A stretch of 64,000 bases of DNA from Eledone cirrhosa (Eukaryota): positions 22,010,001 through 22,074,000 of the forward strand of contig OZ024756.1 of NCBI GenBank assembly GCA_964016885.1, written 5' to 3'. The notes under the pieces were generated by a model, which ran no database searches, had not been told where the DNA came from, and saw nothing but the letters and a program-made list of their open reading frames with translations. This document shows, piece after piece, positions 30,311 to 44,471 of the stretch (the first letter of the stretch is position 1; each line of letters starts with the position of its first letter). The position numbers were made by a program, and so were the translations under genes.

Positions 30311-30668
30311 CATATATATACATATATACATATATGTATATATATACATATAAACATATATGTATATATATACATATACATAGATGTATATACATATATA
30401 TACATAAACATATATACATATATATACATATATGTATATACATATATATACATAAACATATGTGTATATACATATACATATATACATATATGTATATACA
30501 TATTTGTATATACATATATATACATACACATATTTGAATATACATATATGTATATACATATATACATATACCTATATGTATATACATATATGTATATACA
30601 TATATACATATATATATATATATACATATATGTATATATATATATACGTGCATATACATATATGTATG

Positions 30669-30734
<66 letters not shown>

Positions 30735-30778
30735 CATATATGTATATATATATATACGTGCATATACATATATGTATG

Positions 30779-30855
<77 letters not shown>

Positions 30856-31039
30856 GCATATATGTATATACATATATGTATTCATACGTAAATACACGTA
30901 TTCTCATTGAAGCATAAGTAGTTTCATGCTAAAATATAAAGTGAACATTTGTAAAGGTGTCAAATTAAACCAGAGCATGACATGAAAGTGAAGAAAGGAA
31001 ATCTCTATATAAAACAATCTACACAACCTCAAGTATCCG

Positions 31040-31108
<69 letters not shown>

Positions 31109-31379
31109 GTCATGGGTTACATGTGATTCGTGAAGCTTTCTGAATGGCTCCTCTAAGTCACCTAAGTGAAATCTTTTCGATTTTTTTACCACCATATTTC
31201 AGTGGAAAGTGCATGCATAATATGCATAAATGCAAGAATTACGTAGCAGTCACATGTGGGTCACCTATATGAATGCGTGTACGTACATAAAATAAAATAA
31301 AATACTTGAAAAAGAATGTATACATGAAAAAGGTGCAAAGAAGGTATCTTTTCAAGCTACCAGGATATATTGGGATATT

Positions 31380-31610
31380 ATTGGGCTGGGTGGTGTTTTG
31401 GCTGCTCTCCGCGGATAAATCTGCAAACGTATTTGCGCGGACAAGGGCCAGCGACACCCGATGCGACAACCACCCAACATCGCGAGCCTTCTTCCTCGGA
31501 AGTGTTGTTGACGTTCTGATTTTATGGAGATGCTCCGCAGTTCGAGATCGCCAGATTCGGCAGCTCCCCGTGGACATTTCTCCAAAGGTATTTGCGCGGT
31601 CAATCTACTA
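31380..31610 (-). mobile_element. Possible C-terminus of a CRE-like (RLE) non-LTR retrotransposon
   Basis: GC-richer island; TFGEMS..WLSHRVSLALVRANT resembles the ETFG..QRLSVALQRGNA motif. Confidence 0.45.
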
Positions 31611-31720
31611 CGTCATCGTCTCTATAATCCTTATAATAATTCTTATGATCAAGTGACAGCCACTTTGTTATAGACAAGGAGTGGTAACAGAAACAGTGTG
31701 TGCATATATATATATATATT

Positions 31721-31767
<47 letters not shown>

Positions 31768-32087
31768 ATATATATATATTAATTGTAAATAAAACGAGTA
31801 AATCAGACAAAGATGGAATTCCTTTTATTAATATAATCTTCTATACACAATCATACACACCCGTGTATATTTATCTATCTATCTATATATATATATATAT
31901 ATATATATTATATTAATAAAAGGAATTCCATCTTTGTCTGATTTACTCGTTTTATTTACAATCCTTTAAAATTTATAATGGTATTAGAATGAAATAGTAT
32001 GGTAGAATATTTCATTCTAATACCATTATAAATTTTAAAGGATTGTAAATAAAACGAGTAAATCAGACAAAGTTGGAATTCCTTTTA

Positions 32088-32128
<41 letters not shown>

Positions 32129-32309
32129 TTCGTTGCTATGGCAATGCGGCTGGACTGCCGATCGCTATATTTGATTTGCAAAGCTGTCTAAATGTATTGT
32201 TATTACTCTGGGGTATTATTCTCCATCGAGTGCTAAAGCTATATTCCGAATTTGCATTCGTTAGCTTAGCCGCAACCTAAAGCTTCGTTAATGCTGTACT
32301 AAAATTTAT

Positions 32310-33351
32310 ATATATAGTGAAAAATGGAACGGGAACAAAACAGAGAGGCAGTACAAACAAAGGTTTATTAGTTTCACGCTCTTGAGAGTGGGGGATGGGG
32401 GTGGGGAACGACGTTTCGGGCACAAGCCCTTCTTCAGGAGAAAAGTGGGTGGGAAGAGAGTTCTGAGGGTGTGTGGGGAGAGTGGTGGAGAGACATTTAG
32501 AAAGAAGGGGGCGGGGGACGGTGGAAGGGGTACAAATAAAAATAAAAATAAACATGAAGATAAACAAGTGGTGGAAGGATGTGGGGCGTAGAGGGGTGGT
32601 GGCGGGTGTAGTGTGGAGAGGGAGGCGGGGTGTCCGAGCGGGGAGGGCTGAAGGTGGTGTTTGTGTATGTGTGTAGGTGGACGTGTGTGTGTTGGTGTTT
32701 ATACGTTTTGTGGATGTAGGTGGCGTGGTTCGAAAAAAAATTGCGAGTGTATGTCCGTGGGTAAGTTCCTAAGGTAGTTCCGTAGAGGGTTTGAAGAGAT
32801 GCCGGATATTTTCCATGTTTTGGAGTGGATAGTGGGAACGATGGCCGATGGTGTGTAATCCGTGGGTTGTGGTAGTCGGAAGAGGGGTGAGTGTGGGGGT
32901 GCGCGCGCAACAGGAAGTGGTCAGAGGGTCAAGGCAGGATGAGGGTTGAGGAGAATGCAGGTGGAGAGGACTGTGTGTCTGTGTGTGCGGAGAAGTGGTC
33001 AGAGGGTCAAGGCAGGGGTGGGGATGTTAGTATTGTTAGTTGGGGAGAATGGTCGGGGTGGGGTATGGGTGTTAGCATTGTTAGTTGTGGGGTGGGCCAA
33101 GGGGGTGGGTGGTGTAAAGAAGGAGTGAGTTAGTGGTGTTAGTGGGGGATATGTTTGTGTGGGGGGAGGGACAGGGCGGTCGAAGGTAAAGGAATAGGGG
33201 TGGGGAGTTCAGGCCGGGGGGAGTGTGGGTCTGTAGGGTGAAGATGGTGCGTTGTTCGACCCTGAGGCGGGTGGCGGGTGTTCCGTAGCATTGGAGTAGG
33301 CCACAGACTGTGAGGTGGTGCGCGGAATGTCCAGGGGAACCAAAGTGGCGG
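32310..33351 (-). mobile_element. Penelope-like element 3' end: GIY-YIG C-terminus, C-rich UTR, hammerhead-like motif at ~32405-32440
   Basis: Manual translation of 33350 downward RHFGSPGHSAHHLTVCGLLQCYGTPATRLRVEQRTIFTLQTHTPPGLN (HF..HS..E..IF.L.T..P.GLN); CTGAAGA-A-GGGC ttgt GCCC-GAAACGTCG. Confidence 0.8.
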
Positions 33352-33501
33352 TCCTTATTCCTAAGTCAATCCCAGGAGATTGTGATTGATTGAGGAGAGG
33401 GAACTGTTCGTTTTTCCGTTATTCTATCCGTTGTCTTTGTAATGTGCGACCTCTTGTTTGAAATTCATATTCAAAATCCTTGGCCACGCGGGCATCTTTA
33501 G

Positions 33502-33563
<62 letters not shown>

Positions 33564-33777
33564 CAGATTAGAGTAAACATGACGGGCGCTCTATCTCAAA
33601 ATTATTTTTGAAAAGCATTAGAAATGCGCAACCGGTAACACTTAAAACCAAAACTGAATACTAACCAATGCTATTACTTATTCCTAATTAAACTAGTTTT
33701 CATTGGGAACAATTTGTCAGCATTTTCTTTTCCTTTTACCAATATATCATAACTCGTGTGTTACACCTCTATTCTTT

Positions 33778-33832
<55 letters not shown>

Positions 33833-33837
33833 ATATA

Positions 33838-34015
33838 ATAATTGTTTCTACTTTTGGCACAAGGCCAGCAATTCACCAGTACATTACTGGTACTTTATTT
33901 TATCGACCCCCATAAGGATGAAAGGAAAAGTTAACCTCGGCGGGATTTGAACTCAGACCGTAAAGGGACGTAACTATGGTAGAAAGCATGGGTCCAACCC
34001 TCTACCGATACTGCC
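33838..34015 (-). mobile_element. SINE family 1
   Basis: Homology to consensus. Confidence 0.88.
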
Positions 34016-34127
34016 ATGTTTCCCTGTCAGTACCGGTTACATCTCAGCGTACTCAATAGGTTATGTATAAATCCCAGAGTAGACACAAAAGGTGTTTGCC
34101 TCGATGCAACGCACGTAAATGGGTACC

Positions 34128-34159
<32 letters not shown>

Positions 34160-34256
34160 GTATATATTTATATATATTTATATATATACACGTGTATACG
34201 CACATGTTTTTTTTCATTTTCCTCTCACTCTATCTAGCTATTAAGAAAAAACAACT

Positions 34257-34530
34257 GGAGGCGTGTGGTTTAGTGGTAAGGGTGTTGGACTTACGACCAT
34301 AATGTCGTGAGTTTGATTCCTGGACTGGATTGTGTAATGTGTTCTTGAGAAAAACACTTCATATCACGTGTTTCAAGTATACTCAGCTGCAATTGAGTAC
34401 CAGCAATATCGTGGGGTTTAACCCTACACTGGACTGGCGTTATGTCCTGCAGGGAGTCTTCTCCTCTCAGTCACTTAACGCCATATAAACCGGAATAAGC
34501 AGCGGTGTGGTGACTTCCGGGAACGCGTCA
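34257..34530 (+). mobile_element. SINE family 2 type (related copy at 46385-46680)
   Basis: tRNA-like head tggtttagtggtaaggg..gagtttgattcc; shared ttcttgag.aaaacact and tcagtcacttaa. Confidence 0.7.
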
Positions 34531-34599
34531 TACGCTTGAAACAACAAAAATGACCTTGGACACAAAACAATAGTCTTCTGTAAATTGATTCTGTTGAAA

Positions 34600-35340
34600 T
34601 GTTAAGTACGAACTGTCTCTCATCCCAAGTAGTTGAAACTCTCTTGCGGTTATCTAATTTAACAGTGCTGCTATATACGAATTGTTATTACACTATTTAT
34701 TTAAATACTTTCCGGTTCTTATGTGGAAATATGTTCCATATCTACAGAAGTACGTGTGGATGTATACATACAAACAGGACACCAGCATGCTACATTATTT
34801 TACATTACGCATCCATACGTGTATTCATGAGTGTTTTAATGGCTTGTTTCCGTGGTCCTTCCCCCGATCTCAGTAGCCATATCCTGTTTGCTGACGTTAA
34901 TCAGCTATTCCCTCAATGTACCAAAGAATAATTATCCAATGTTTTTTTTTTTGGTATTCTTATCTTGGTGATCCATATGTTCATCTGTTATAGAAGTCTC
35001 TCTACAACGAGACAATGACTGGGTTACTTTCTTTTCTATGAAAAGAGTGACAAAGTGTGTCTGTGCACTCGTCCCGTGAAAGCCTGTATCTCTTCGAAAG
35101 AGATGATTCTTTCAACGGTCTCAAAAAATTTGTTTTAAATTCTGATAATGGTGTGCAGAAAGCTGCTGTCGTCTGCATTATGGGTTTTGGCCTCGGCACC
35201 GTTACAGGTATGCGTGTACAAACTTTGTGTTACGGCATCTTTCATACTACAATTGTAGCATTTCAAGGAGTGCAAATAACCTCTTGCGACTATGTTGTAG
35301 AGAATAATTCCTGGCATGACCTTTCCTCTGTGATCTGATT
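34600..35340 (-). pseudogene. Heavily decayed LINE reverse transcriptase remnant
   Basis: GIILYNIV..HNADDSSF (YADD-like), interrupted by frameshifts. Confidence 0.4.
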
Positions 35341-35660
35341 TAAGCTGGCGGTTGTGATCTTTTTTGCACCACCTGCAGCACTTTAGTAAGGAGCTTTTTC
35401 GTCTTTCTTCTTCGCCCACTTATTCCTGAGAGGGTCGTTGGGGCAGAGTTTTCAAACACTCCTCCCAGCGGGTTCTGTTAGAAGCAACCATCTCCAATTG
35501 ATCTGGCTGGATACCCAAGCATGACCAACCAAGCTCATGGATGTTACCCAAACATCTTGCTCAGGGTCTACACCCGAGTCTCCTGCCGGTTGGTTTTGTC
35601 AGTAAAATCCGTCCAGAGAATCTTTCCTGAGGCATTCTAACAACGTGCCCATAGTATCTG

Positions 35661-35932
35661 GGGCCGATTTAACCGAATTTCCCTTTCCCCCAAAATTGTT
35701 GGCCTTGTGCGTAAATCAGAAACCATTATTATTTTTATTATTTTAAGGGCGGTGAATTGGCAGTATCGGTAGAGTGTCGGACATGCTTTCCAGCATAGTT
35801 ATTCCCTTTACGATCTGAGTTCAAATCCCGCCGAGGTTAACTTTGCCCTTCATCCTTACGGGGTCGATAAAATAAAGTACCAGTAATGCACTGGGTAATT
35901 GCTGGCCTTGTGCCAAAAGTAGAAAGAATTAT
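35661..35932 (+). mobile_element. SINE family 1 (3' fragment plus full copy 35747-35932)
   Basis: Homology to consensus. Confidence 0.85.
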
Positions 35933-36119
35933 TATAACAATAAGAAAACAACAACAACAGTAAAAGCTAAGGGTTATATCTATGTTGTTTAGATTAAAGA
36001 GATATTCAGTGTTTGGGTAAAATTCTTCTTCAGAACAACAGCTACACTGACAATTGGTAGTATATTCTATAATTATATATGTAAATAGATAGCTATCAGC
36101 TACACACACATACACACAC

Positions 36120-38090
36120 ACATGCACACGTACACACACAGATATACATACATACATACACACATGCACACATGCACGGACGCGTGAACATACAAGCACA
36201 CACATGCATGCACGCGTACACACACATATATACATACATACATACACACATGCACGGACACGTACACATACAAGCACACACATGCATGCACGCGTACACA
36301 CACAGATATACATACATACATACACACATGCACGGACACGTACACATACAAGCACACACATGCATGCACGCGTACACACACAGATATACATACATACATA
36401 CACACATGCACGGACACGTACACATACAAGCACACACATGCATGCACGCGTACACACACATATATACATACATACATACACACATGCACGGACGCGTGAA
36501 CATACAAGCACACACATGCATGCACGCGTACACACACAGATATACATACATACATACACACATGCACGGACACGTACACATACAAGCACACACATGCATG
36601 CACGCGTACACACACAGATATACATACATACATACACACATGCACGGACACGTACACATACAAGCACACACATGCATGCACGCGTACACACACAGATATA
36701 CATACATACATACACACATGCACGGACACGTACACATACAAGCACACACATGCATGCACGCGTACACACACAGATATACATACATACATACACACATGCA
36801 CAGACGCGTACACATACAAGCACACACACGCATGCACGCGTACATACACAGATATACATACATACATACACACATGCACAGACGCGTACACATACAAGCA
36901 CACACATGCATGCACGCGTACACACACATATATACATACATACATACACACATGCACACATGCACGGACGCGTGAACATACAAGCACACACATGCATGCA
37001 CGCGTACACACACATATATACATACATACATACACACATGCACGGACACGTACACATACAAGCACACACATGCATGCACGCGTACACACACATATATACA
37101 TACATACATACATACATACATACATACACACATGCACGGACACGTACACATACAAGCACACACATGCATGCACGCGTACACACACAGATATAGATACATA
37201 CATACACACATGCACGGACACGTACACATACAAGCACACACATGCATGCACGCGTACACACACATATATACATACATACATACATACATACATACATACA
37301 CACATGCACGGACACGTACACATACAAGCACACACATGCATGCACGCGTACACACACAGATATAGATACATACATACACACATGCACGGACACGTACACA
37401 TACAAGCACACACATGCATGCACGCGTACACACACATATATACATACATACATACATACATACATACATACACACATGCACGGACACGTACACATACAAG
37501 CACACACATGCATGCACGCGTACACACACAGATATACATACATACATACACACATACACGGACACGTACACATACAAGCACACACATGCATGCACGCGTA
37601 CATACACAGATATACATACATACACACATGCACGGACACGTACACATACAAGCACACACACGCATGCACGCGTACATACACAGATATACATACATACATA
37701 CACACATGCACACATGCACGGACGCGTGAACATACAAGCACACACATGCATGCACGCGTACACACACAGATATACATACATACATACACACATGCACGGA
37801 CACGTACACATACAAGCACACACACGCATGCACGCGTACATACACAGATATACATACATACATACATACACACATGCACGGACGCGTACACATACAAGCA
37901 CACACATGCATGTACGCGTACACACACAGATATAGATACATACATACACACATGCACGGACGCGTACACATACAAGCACACACATGCATGCACGCGTACA
38001 CACACAGATATACATACATACATACATACACACATGCACGGACGCGTACACATACAAGCACACACATGCATGCACGCGTACACACACAGA
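36120..38090. repeat. Minisatellite, ~78-bp unit built from CA/TACA microsatellite pieces, about 25 copies
   Basis: Unit catacaagcacacacatgcatgcacgcgtacacacacagatatacatacatacatacacacatgcacggacacgtaca; 26-aa periodicity in the ORF track. Confidence 0.9.
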
Positions 38091-38460
38091 GACAGACATA
38101 TACACACACACAGGCACACGCCTGTGCAGACATACACAAAGACATGTACACAAGCGCACAGATAAACACACACAGATAGACACACACACACAGGTACACA
38201 CATGCATGCCCGCGCACACTCACAGATAGATATATACACACACAGGCACACACCTCTGCAGACATACACACACACGTACACACGCGCGCACACACACACA
38301 CATGTGCACAAACATGAACATACAGACAGACGGACAACCACACATGTGCTCTTACACAGACACACACGCACAGACTAACACACTTACATAAATATGTATA
38401 TCTATTAATTATATATATTGTTATACTTGGGGAGGGTCATATTGTTATAATATTGCCAGA

Positions 38461-38650
38461 AATAATGGTTTCTTATATAGGCACGAGGCCAGCAAATTTT
38501 TGAGTCGATTAAATCGACCCCAGTACATTACTGTAAGGATGAAAGGCAAAGTTAACATTGGCGGGATTTGAACTCAGATCTTAAAGGGCTGTAACGCCAT
38601 GCTTTCCAGCATGGCGTCCGACCCTCTACCGATACTGCCAATCCACTGCT
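38461..38650 (-). mobile_element. SINE family 1 with internal deletion
   Basis: Homology to consensus. Confidence 0.85.
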
Positions 38651-39364
38651 CTGGAATTAATGCATGCAAGATTTCACAGCTCTATGATCATTCCTTCATA
38701 CTCAGCTCATGAACGTTTCAGCCAACACTTGTATTATACATAAACATATCTTATATGCTTTCATTTACAATTTCATTGCGAACCTCCATTGTATTAGTAT
38801 TCATGGGAGTGTGTGACATCATAAAAGAAGCTCGAACAAAGGAAATAAAAATGAAATAGTAAAAAAAAAAAAAGAAAAAAATGTAGGATATATGTAGGAA
38901 ACTCTCGTAAATTTCCCCGAATTACAAAGAAAAGTGAAATTATCATTGTACAAAAAAATCTTTAGAAATTAATTCGTCTTTCATGTTTATTTGCATCCGG
39001 GTTTGAAAGGTTATTCAATACTTTTATTATGCAATCGTTGTGTCTGTCGCTTTCATCTGAGATTAATGGTCGAACGTCGATAGGATAGGGAAATCGCACT
39101 TTATATTCCGCCTAAGTTATTATCTTAGTCGTTTAACGTCGGTAGGATAAGGATATTATAATTAAGCGAGATAAATCTGACGCAATTTTTGTAAAACTAT
39201 TTTTTCACGAAGGATGTATGGATTAGAAAATAAATGTAATATTTTATAAACAATGCAGAAATTTGTGGTGTTTAATTGATATCAACAGGAATTGTTATTT
39301 TTATCTAAAGACATTTTTTTCAATTCCATCCCGCCCGTCCCTTCAATCTGTCTTATTTCTCATT

Positions 39365-39410
39365 CTTTCTTCTGATGAAAGACTAGTGTCCGAAACATTA
39401 AGACCCTCTT
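39365..39410 (+). other. Hammerhead-like core fragment
   Basis: CTGATGA-aa gac tagt gtc c-GAAAC; stems I and III not convincing. Confidence 0.35.
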
Positions 39411-39488
39411 CCAGCTATTTCAAGCGTTAACCTAATATATTCCTTCCATATACTGTACCTATTGCGTTGTTATTTCTGGTTACCTTTT

Positions 39489-39881
39489 GGCAATCCCAAA
39501 AGTAAGGTCTCCTTCCGATATTGCAACTTTTCCGTTAAAATCCTGTGGATGGTGCTTCGGGAAACCTCAGGAACCAAAATGCAGAGAGCATCCAGAGTGA
39601 TCCGCCGATCTTTACGTATGTTTTCCTCGGAAGGAGACCTTACTTTGGGGATTGCCCTCGTATATATTAACTGCGCGAAATTCGCACTTGGCGGTATCGT
39701 TCAACGGGAACTCTATTCTCAACGGCTGCCAAGCCAAGATTGAGCATCCCAGCGAAGCGCGCGCATGCTTGTTTGGGAGTGAAGGAAGCACCAATCACAA
39801 CAGTGTTGCCAACAGCCGTACGAACAGTTTCTCTGCGTCCCCATCTCTTTGGAGACCTTATTTTTGGGATTACCCTCGTAT
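39489..39881 (-). mobile_element. Mariner-type MITE (39489-39662) next to the 5' end of a mariner element (39667-39881)
   Basis: TIR tacgaggg(c/t)aatccc(c/a)aaa(g/a)taaggtctcc seen three times (one truncated), with TA-rich flanks at the two intact ends; minus translation PLNDTAKCEFRAV resembles a mariner transposase N-terminus. Confidence 0.65.
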
Positions 39882-40589
39882 ATATACGTAGAGAGAGAGA
39901 GAGAGACGAGGAGAAAAAGTGAGAGAGGGGGAGCAAAAGAGAGAGAGTGGGAGAAAGAGATTGAGAATGAGGGGGAAAAGACAAAGAGTGAGATTCTTAT
40001 TCTTTTTCATCAGACAAGCGTGAAAATAATAAAACTCCATGCAATGGGTTTGCCTTTTCTATTCTTGAACTGTCAGAGGCAGTTAATGACTGATGAAGTG
40101 TAATGACCCAGACACATGTTGATTGTCCTCAAAGCCAGTGTTGAACAAACAGGTGACGATCGATCACCGCCACAGCACAGCTTCAAATCGGGCCGTTTGT
40201 TTGTGTACAAACGAATCGAACATTATTATTAATGTTCGATATGTCGATAAAATAAAGTACCACTAATGCACTGGGTAATTGCTGGCCTTGTGCCTAAAGT
40301 AGAAACAATTATTATTCAATAAAATAAAGTACCAGTAATACACTGGGTAATTACTGGCCTTGTGCCTAACGTAGAAACAATTATTAATGTTCGATATAAT
40401 CCATACGAACATATCTATATAAGTGTGTGTATGTACGTATATATATATATATATATATATATAGGAACAAATAAGACCCCGACGGCTGAGCTCAAGCCGT
40501 TTCGACGGCTAATTCTGGACTCTACTACCCTAAATATTGAGTACTTTGGTGCGTTATGGTCCACTTGGTTCCTTACCACATTTCCTTCG

Positions 40590-40671
<82 letters not shown>

Positions 40672-41055
40672 TGCCTACATGTACACACACATTCACACAC
40701 ACACATATACAGATATACAAGCAATCACGACGATTGAAATTTGTAAATTCCGTTTATTTAGTAACTAGACAATTGTTTAATGACAGGGCGCCATTTTACG
40801 CGACTATGTTTTGTGGTCGGACATACAGTGAAAGCCCCTAATTCAAGTCATTTTTTTTATATACACATATATATGTACAAAGAAAGTGTGGTAAGGAATC
40901 AGGTGGACCATAACGCACCAAAGTACTCGAGTGGGTAATAGGAAAAGAGTCCGGACCCCGTCGGCTGAGCTCCAGCCGTTTTGACACCTAGATCCGAACT
41001 GTTCGGATCTAGGTGTCAAAACGGCCGGAGCTCAGCCGTCGGGGACCTGACTATT

Positions 41056-41122
<67 letters not shown>

Positions 41123-41344
41123 AATGAGTATGTAAGGGGCGTCAAATTTCAGGTGTGAGGCACGTTTCAGGTGTGATCAGCTTAAGGTTCGATCTCTATC
41201 AATCGGGCCCTACTCTGGAATCAAAACCTGATCAGATTTTTGTTAACTTAATGACGGAATGATTCCCGTACACCGTTTAAAAAATAAATATATATGTTCT
41301 CATTCGTTCTTGGTAGTGTATATATATATATATATATATGTATA

Positions 41345-41853
41345 TAAAATAAAATAAATAAGTCAAATATTTAAAATTTGGCTTCGTTTATTACTGCTAT
41401 ATATATTTCGGTGACAGCCATCTTTGGCTGTGACCTCTTCAGGCAGTCCGAATTAGTGTGGTAGAGACGAGTACACATGTTGTTGAGGTGTTTAACTTTG
41501 TCAATACTCTGATATTCCCAGTTCCGGGTTGGGTTGTTATTTCACTGAGGAACTGGAATCAGTGAAATAACAACCCAACCAGGAACTGGGCATATCAGAT
41601 TGACAAATTTAAACACCTCAACAACATGTGTACTCGTCTCTACCACACTAATTCGGACTGCCTGAAGAGGTCGCAGCCAAAGATGGCTGTCACCGAAATA
41701 TATATAGTAGTAATAAACGAAGCCAATTTTTAAACATTTGACTTATTTATTTTATTTTACATTAATCCGGAGTAACCAAACCAGCCTGCGCACTTCGTCG
41801 AGTGCTCCAAGCTGCATACTGAGGTGTTGGTATACAACCAACATATACTCAAA

Positions 41854-41858
<5 letters not shown>
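41345..41858. mobile_element. Family G element: ~205-bp inverted duplication with two hammerheads (-41393-41447, +41657-41711)
   Basis: Arms ~41345-41548 and ~41559-41760; same fold as 24068-24122; flanked by (TA)n. Confidence 0.88.
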
Positions 41859-41902
<44 letters not shown>

Positions 41903-41904
41903 AA

Positions 41905-42030
41905 TTCTTTCTACTTTTTGGCACAAAGCCAGCAATTACCCAGCGCATTACTGGTACTTTATTTTACCGACCCCGTAACTCTATGCGTCAAAGCATGGCG
42001 TCCGACCCTCTATCGATACTGCCAATCCAC
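41905..42030 (-). mobile_element. SINE family 1, internally deleted
   Basis: Homology to both ends of the consensus. Confidence 0.8.
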
Positions 42031-43244
42031 CACAAGGACGATTTGTTAAGCTTTCATTACGTTTACTGATTGGTGACGTGCGTTTCGCTATTGATTAGTT
42101 AAACTAGTAAATGATTACTGCATGTATCATTAAATAGAATTGTTTTAATTGAGAAAATATCATTGAATCATCATTAAATGACTCATCATTAAATGACAAA
42201 ATTATATAGAAATAAATTAACAAGGAAACAGTCAAAGTTTGATAAATAGTAATTTATATGAAAGAGTAGCATGGTTGCATAATTTATGATTTTCATTACG
42301 ATATTATGTGTGAATGTGAGATATCATGTAATCTCTTTGTATAAAAATCTATTACACACACACACACACACACACACATGTGTACACGCACACACACATG
42401 TGTACACACACACACACATATGCACACACACACATATGTACACACACACATATATACACACACACACGCTCAGATTCCCATATACAAACGTAAAAACACA
42501 TACATAAAAACAGAATATTTACATATATATATATATATATATAATATATATAATATATATAATGTAAATGCATATATAATATATATACATATATATATGA
42601 TATACACATACATAAAATACATACATATATATATATAAGGTGAGTAATATTGTAGAATAATAAAACTATGCATATATCAGATAAGAAGCACTCAAAAGTT
42701 GGTAGAACTGGAGTATATATTAAAGAAGAATTTAAAAGATGGAACTTCTTTAACCATCTTTTAATTTCTATATATATCTATATACATATATATATATATC
42801 TATATACATATATATCTATCTATCTATATACATATATATATATATCTATATACATATATATCTATATCTATATACATATATATATATATATCTATATACA
42901 TATATATATATATCTATATACATATATATATATATATGTATATACATATATATATATATATCTATGTACATATATATACATATATCTATCTACATATATA
43001 TACATATATCTATCTATATACATATATATCTATCTACATATATATCTATCTATATACATATATCTATCTATATACATATATATCTATCTATATACATATC
43101 TATCTATCTATATACATATCTATCTATCTACATATATCTATATATATATATATATCTACATATATATATATCTACATATATAGACATATATCTATATATC
43201 TATATCTATATACATATCTATCTATCTACATATATCTATACACA

Positions 43245-43353
<109 letters not shown>

Positions 43354-43426
43354 TTAAATTAAACACTTGAAACATGGCGCATGTCTCGGACATGACTCCT
43401 TTAATTTAATTTAACTAAATTTATTT

Positions 43427-43503
<77 letters not shown>

Positions 43504-43527
43504 CACATACATATAATACACACACAT

Positions 43528-43569
<42 letters not shown>

Positions 43570-43571
<2 letters not shown>

Positions 43572-43828
43572 AAACTGAACCTGAACCGATAAGGTCTGGT
43601 TTCTTGGGTATGTCAATATTTATAAAACATATTTTGTATTTTATCTGATGAGTGCGTACCAAAGTGTTTGGTACCCTTGAAATATATATAATAAAATAAA
43701 TATGGTTTTATAAATATAGTTTCCATTGATTAATATCATTGATATTATACTACAGAAAACTGTAGAGTGCTTCGAATCTGTTATAAATAAATTTGTTGAA
43801 TAACCAACAAATTAAATATCTCTTTGCT
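43570..43828 (+). ncRNA. Family F element; hammerhead 43621-43712 with extended stem I
   Basis: tataaaacatatt..tattttat-CTGATGA-..gtaccaaa gtg tttggtac..-GAAA-TATATA-TA-ataaaata-aatatggttttata. Confidence 0.85.
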
Positions 43829-44471
43829 TATATCTATATATACATATGTGTGTGTGTGCGTATATAAAAAATATAAAAGGATTTAGTTGAATTCTTTGCT
43901 CTTGTTATTACAGTAGAATTATAGAAGTAGACATATGTATTTGACAATGAGAATGGTTCTACATATAAACCAGAAGAATTTCTGATATATGCAGAGCCAA
44001 TACATGTTTCTTTGGTAGAGTACCATCGGATAGTTCGGGGAGATGTAACTCCAAGAGGGGTGTGTCGTGATCAGTGATGCACTCGTATCAATTGGAAAAC
44101 ATTTCTTGAAATCGTCGTTAGGTTTGGTTTGTATAATATTGAATTCAATAAATTTGGTACCAGTAATAGTTTTGGTCAGTTGAATGTTTAAATTGCTTGA
44201 GATGTTTTAAATATTTCTTAGGATTAGTCAAATAACATTCATCTGAACTGGTAGATCCATTGTATGCAGAGTGAGCATTTGAATCAGAACATATGCAGAG
44301 TCAATTTATCAGGATGTATTCTGTTTTTAATTCCATTCTTGTCACAGACGTCCTTCGTTTAATCAGTTGCAATTCATATTTTTTATCAACTCCTCACAAT
44401 TATTTCAAATTTCTGTGTTTATAGAACATTCTTGTACCTACAGCATCAAACTTAGGTGGTAAAAAACTTCA

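Noticed and set aside
35837-38371. 844-aa Cys/Val-rich ORF
   Set aside because: Open in all three minus frames because the minisatellite lacks stops; it runs into a SINE at the end
43880-44400. Possible decayed PLE thumb/linker coding remnant on minus (LCICSD, NHSHCQ)
   Set aside because: Many stops and only vague motif similarity
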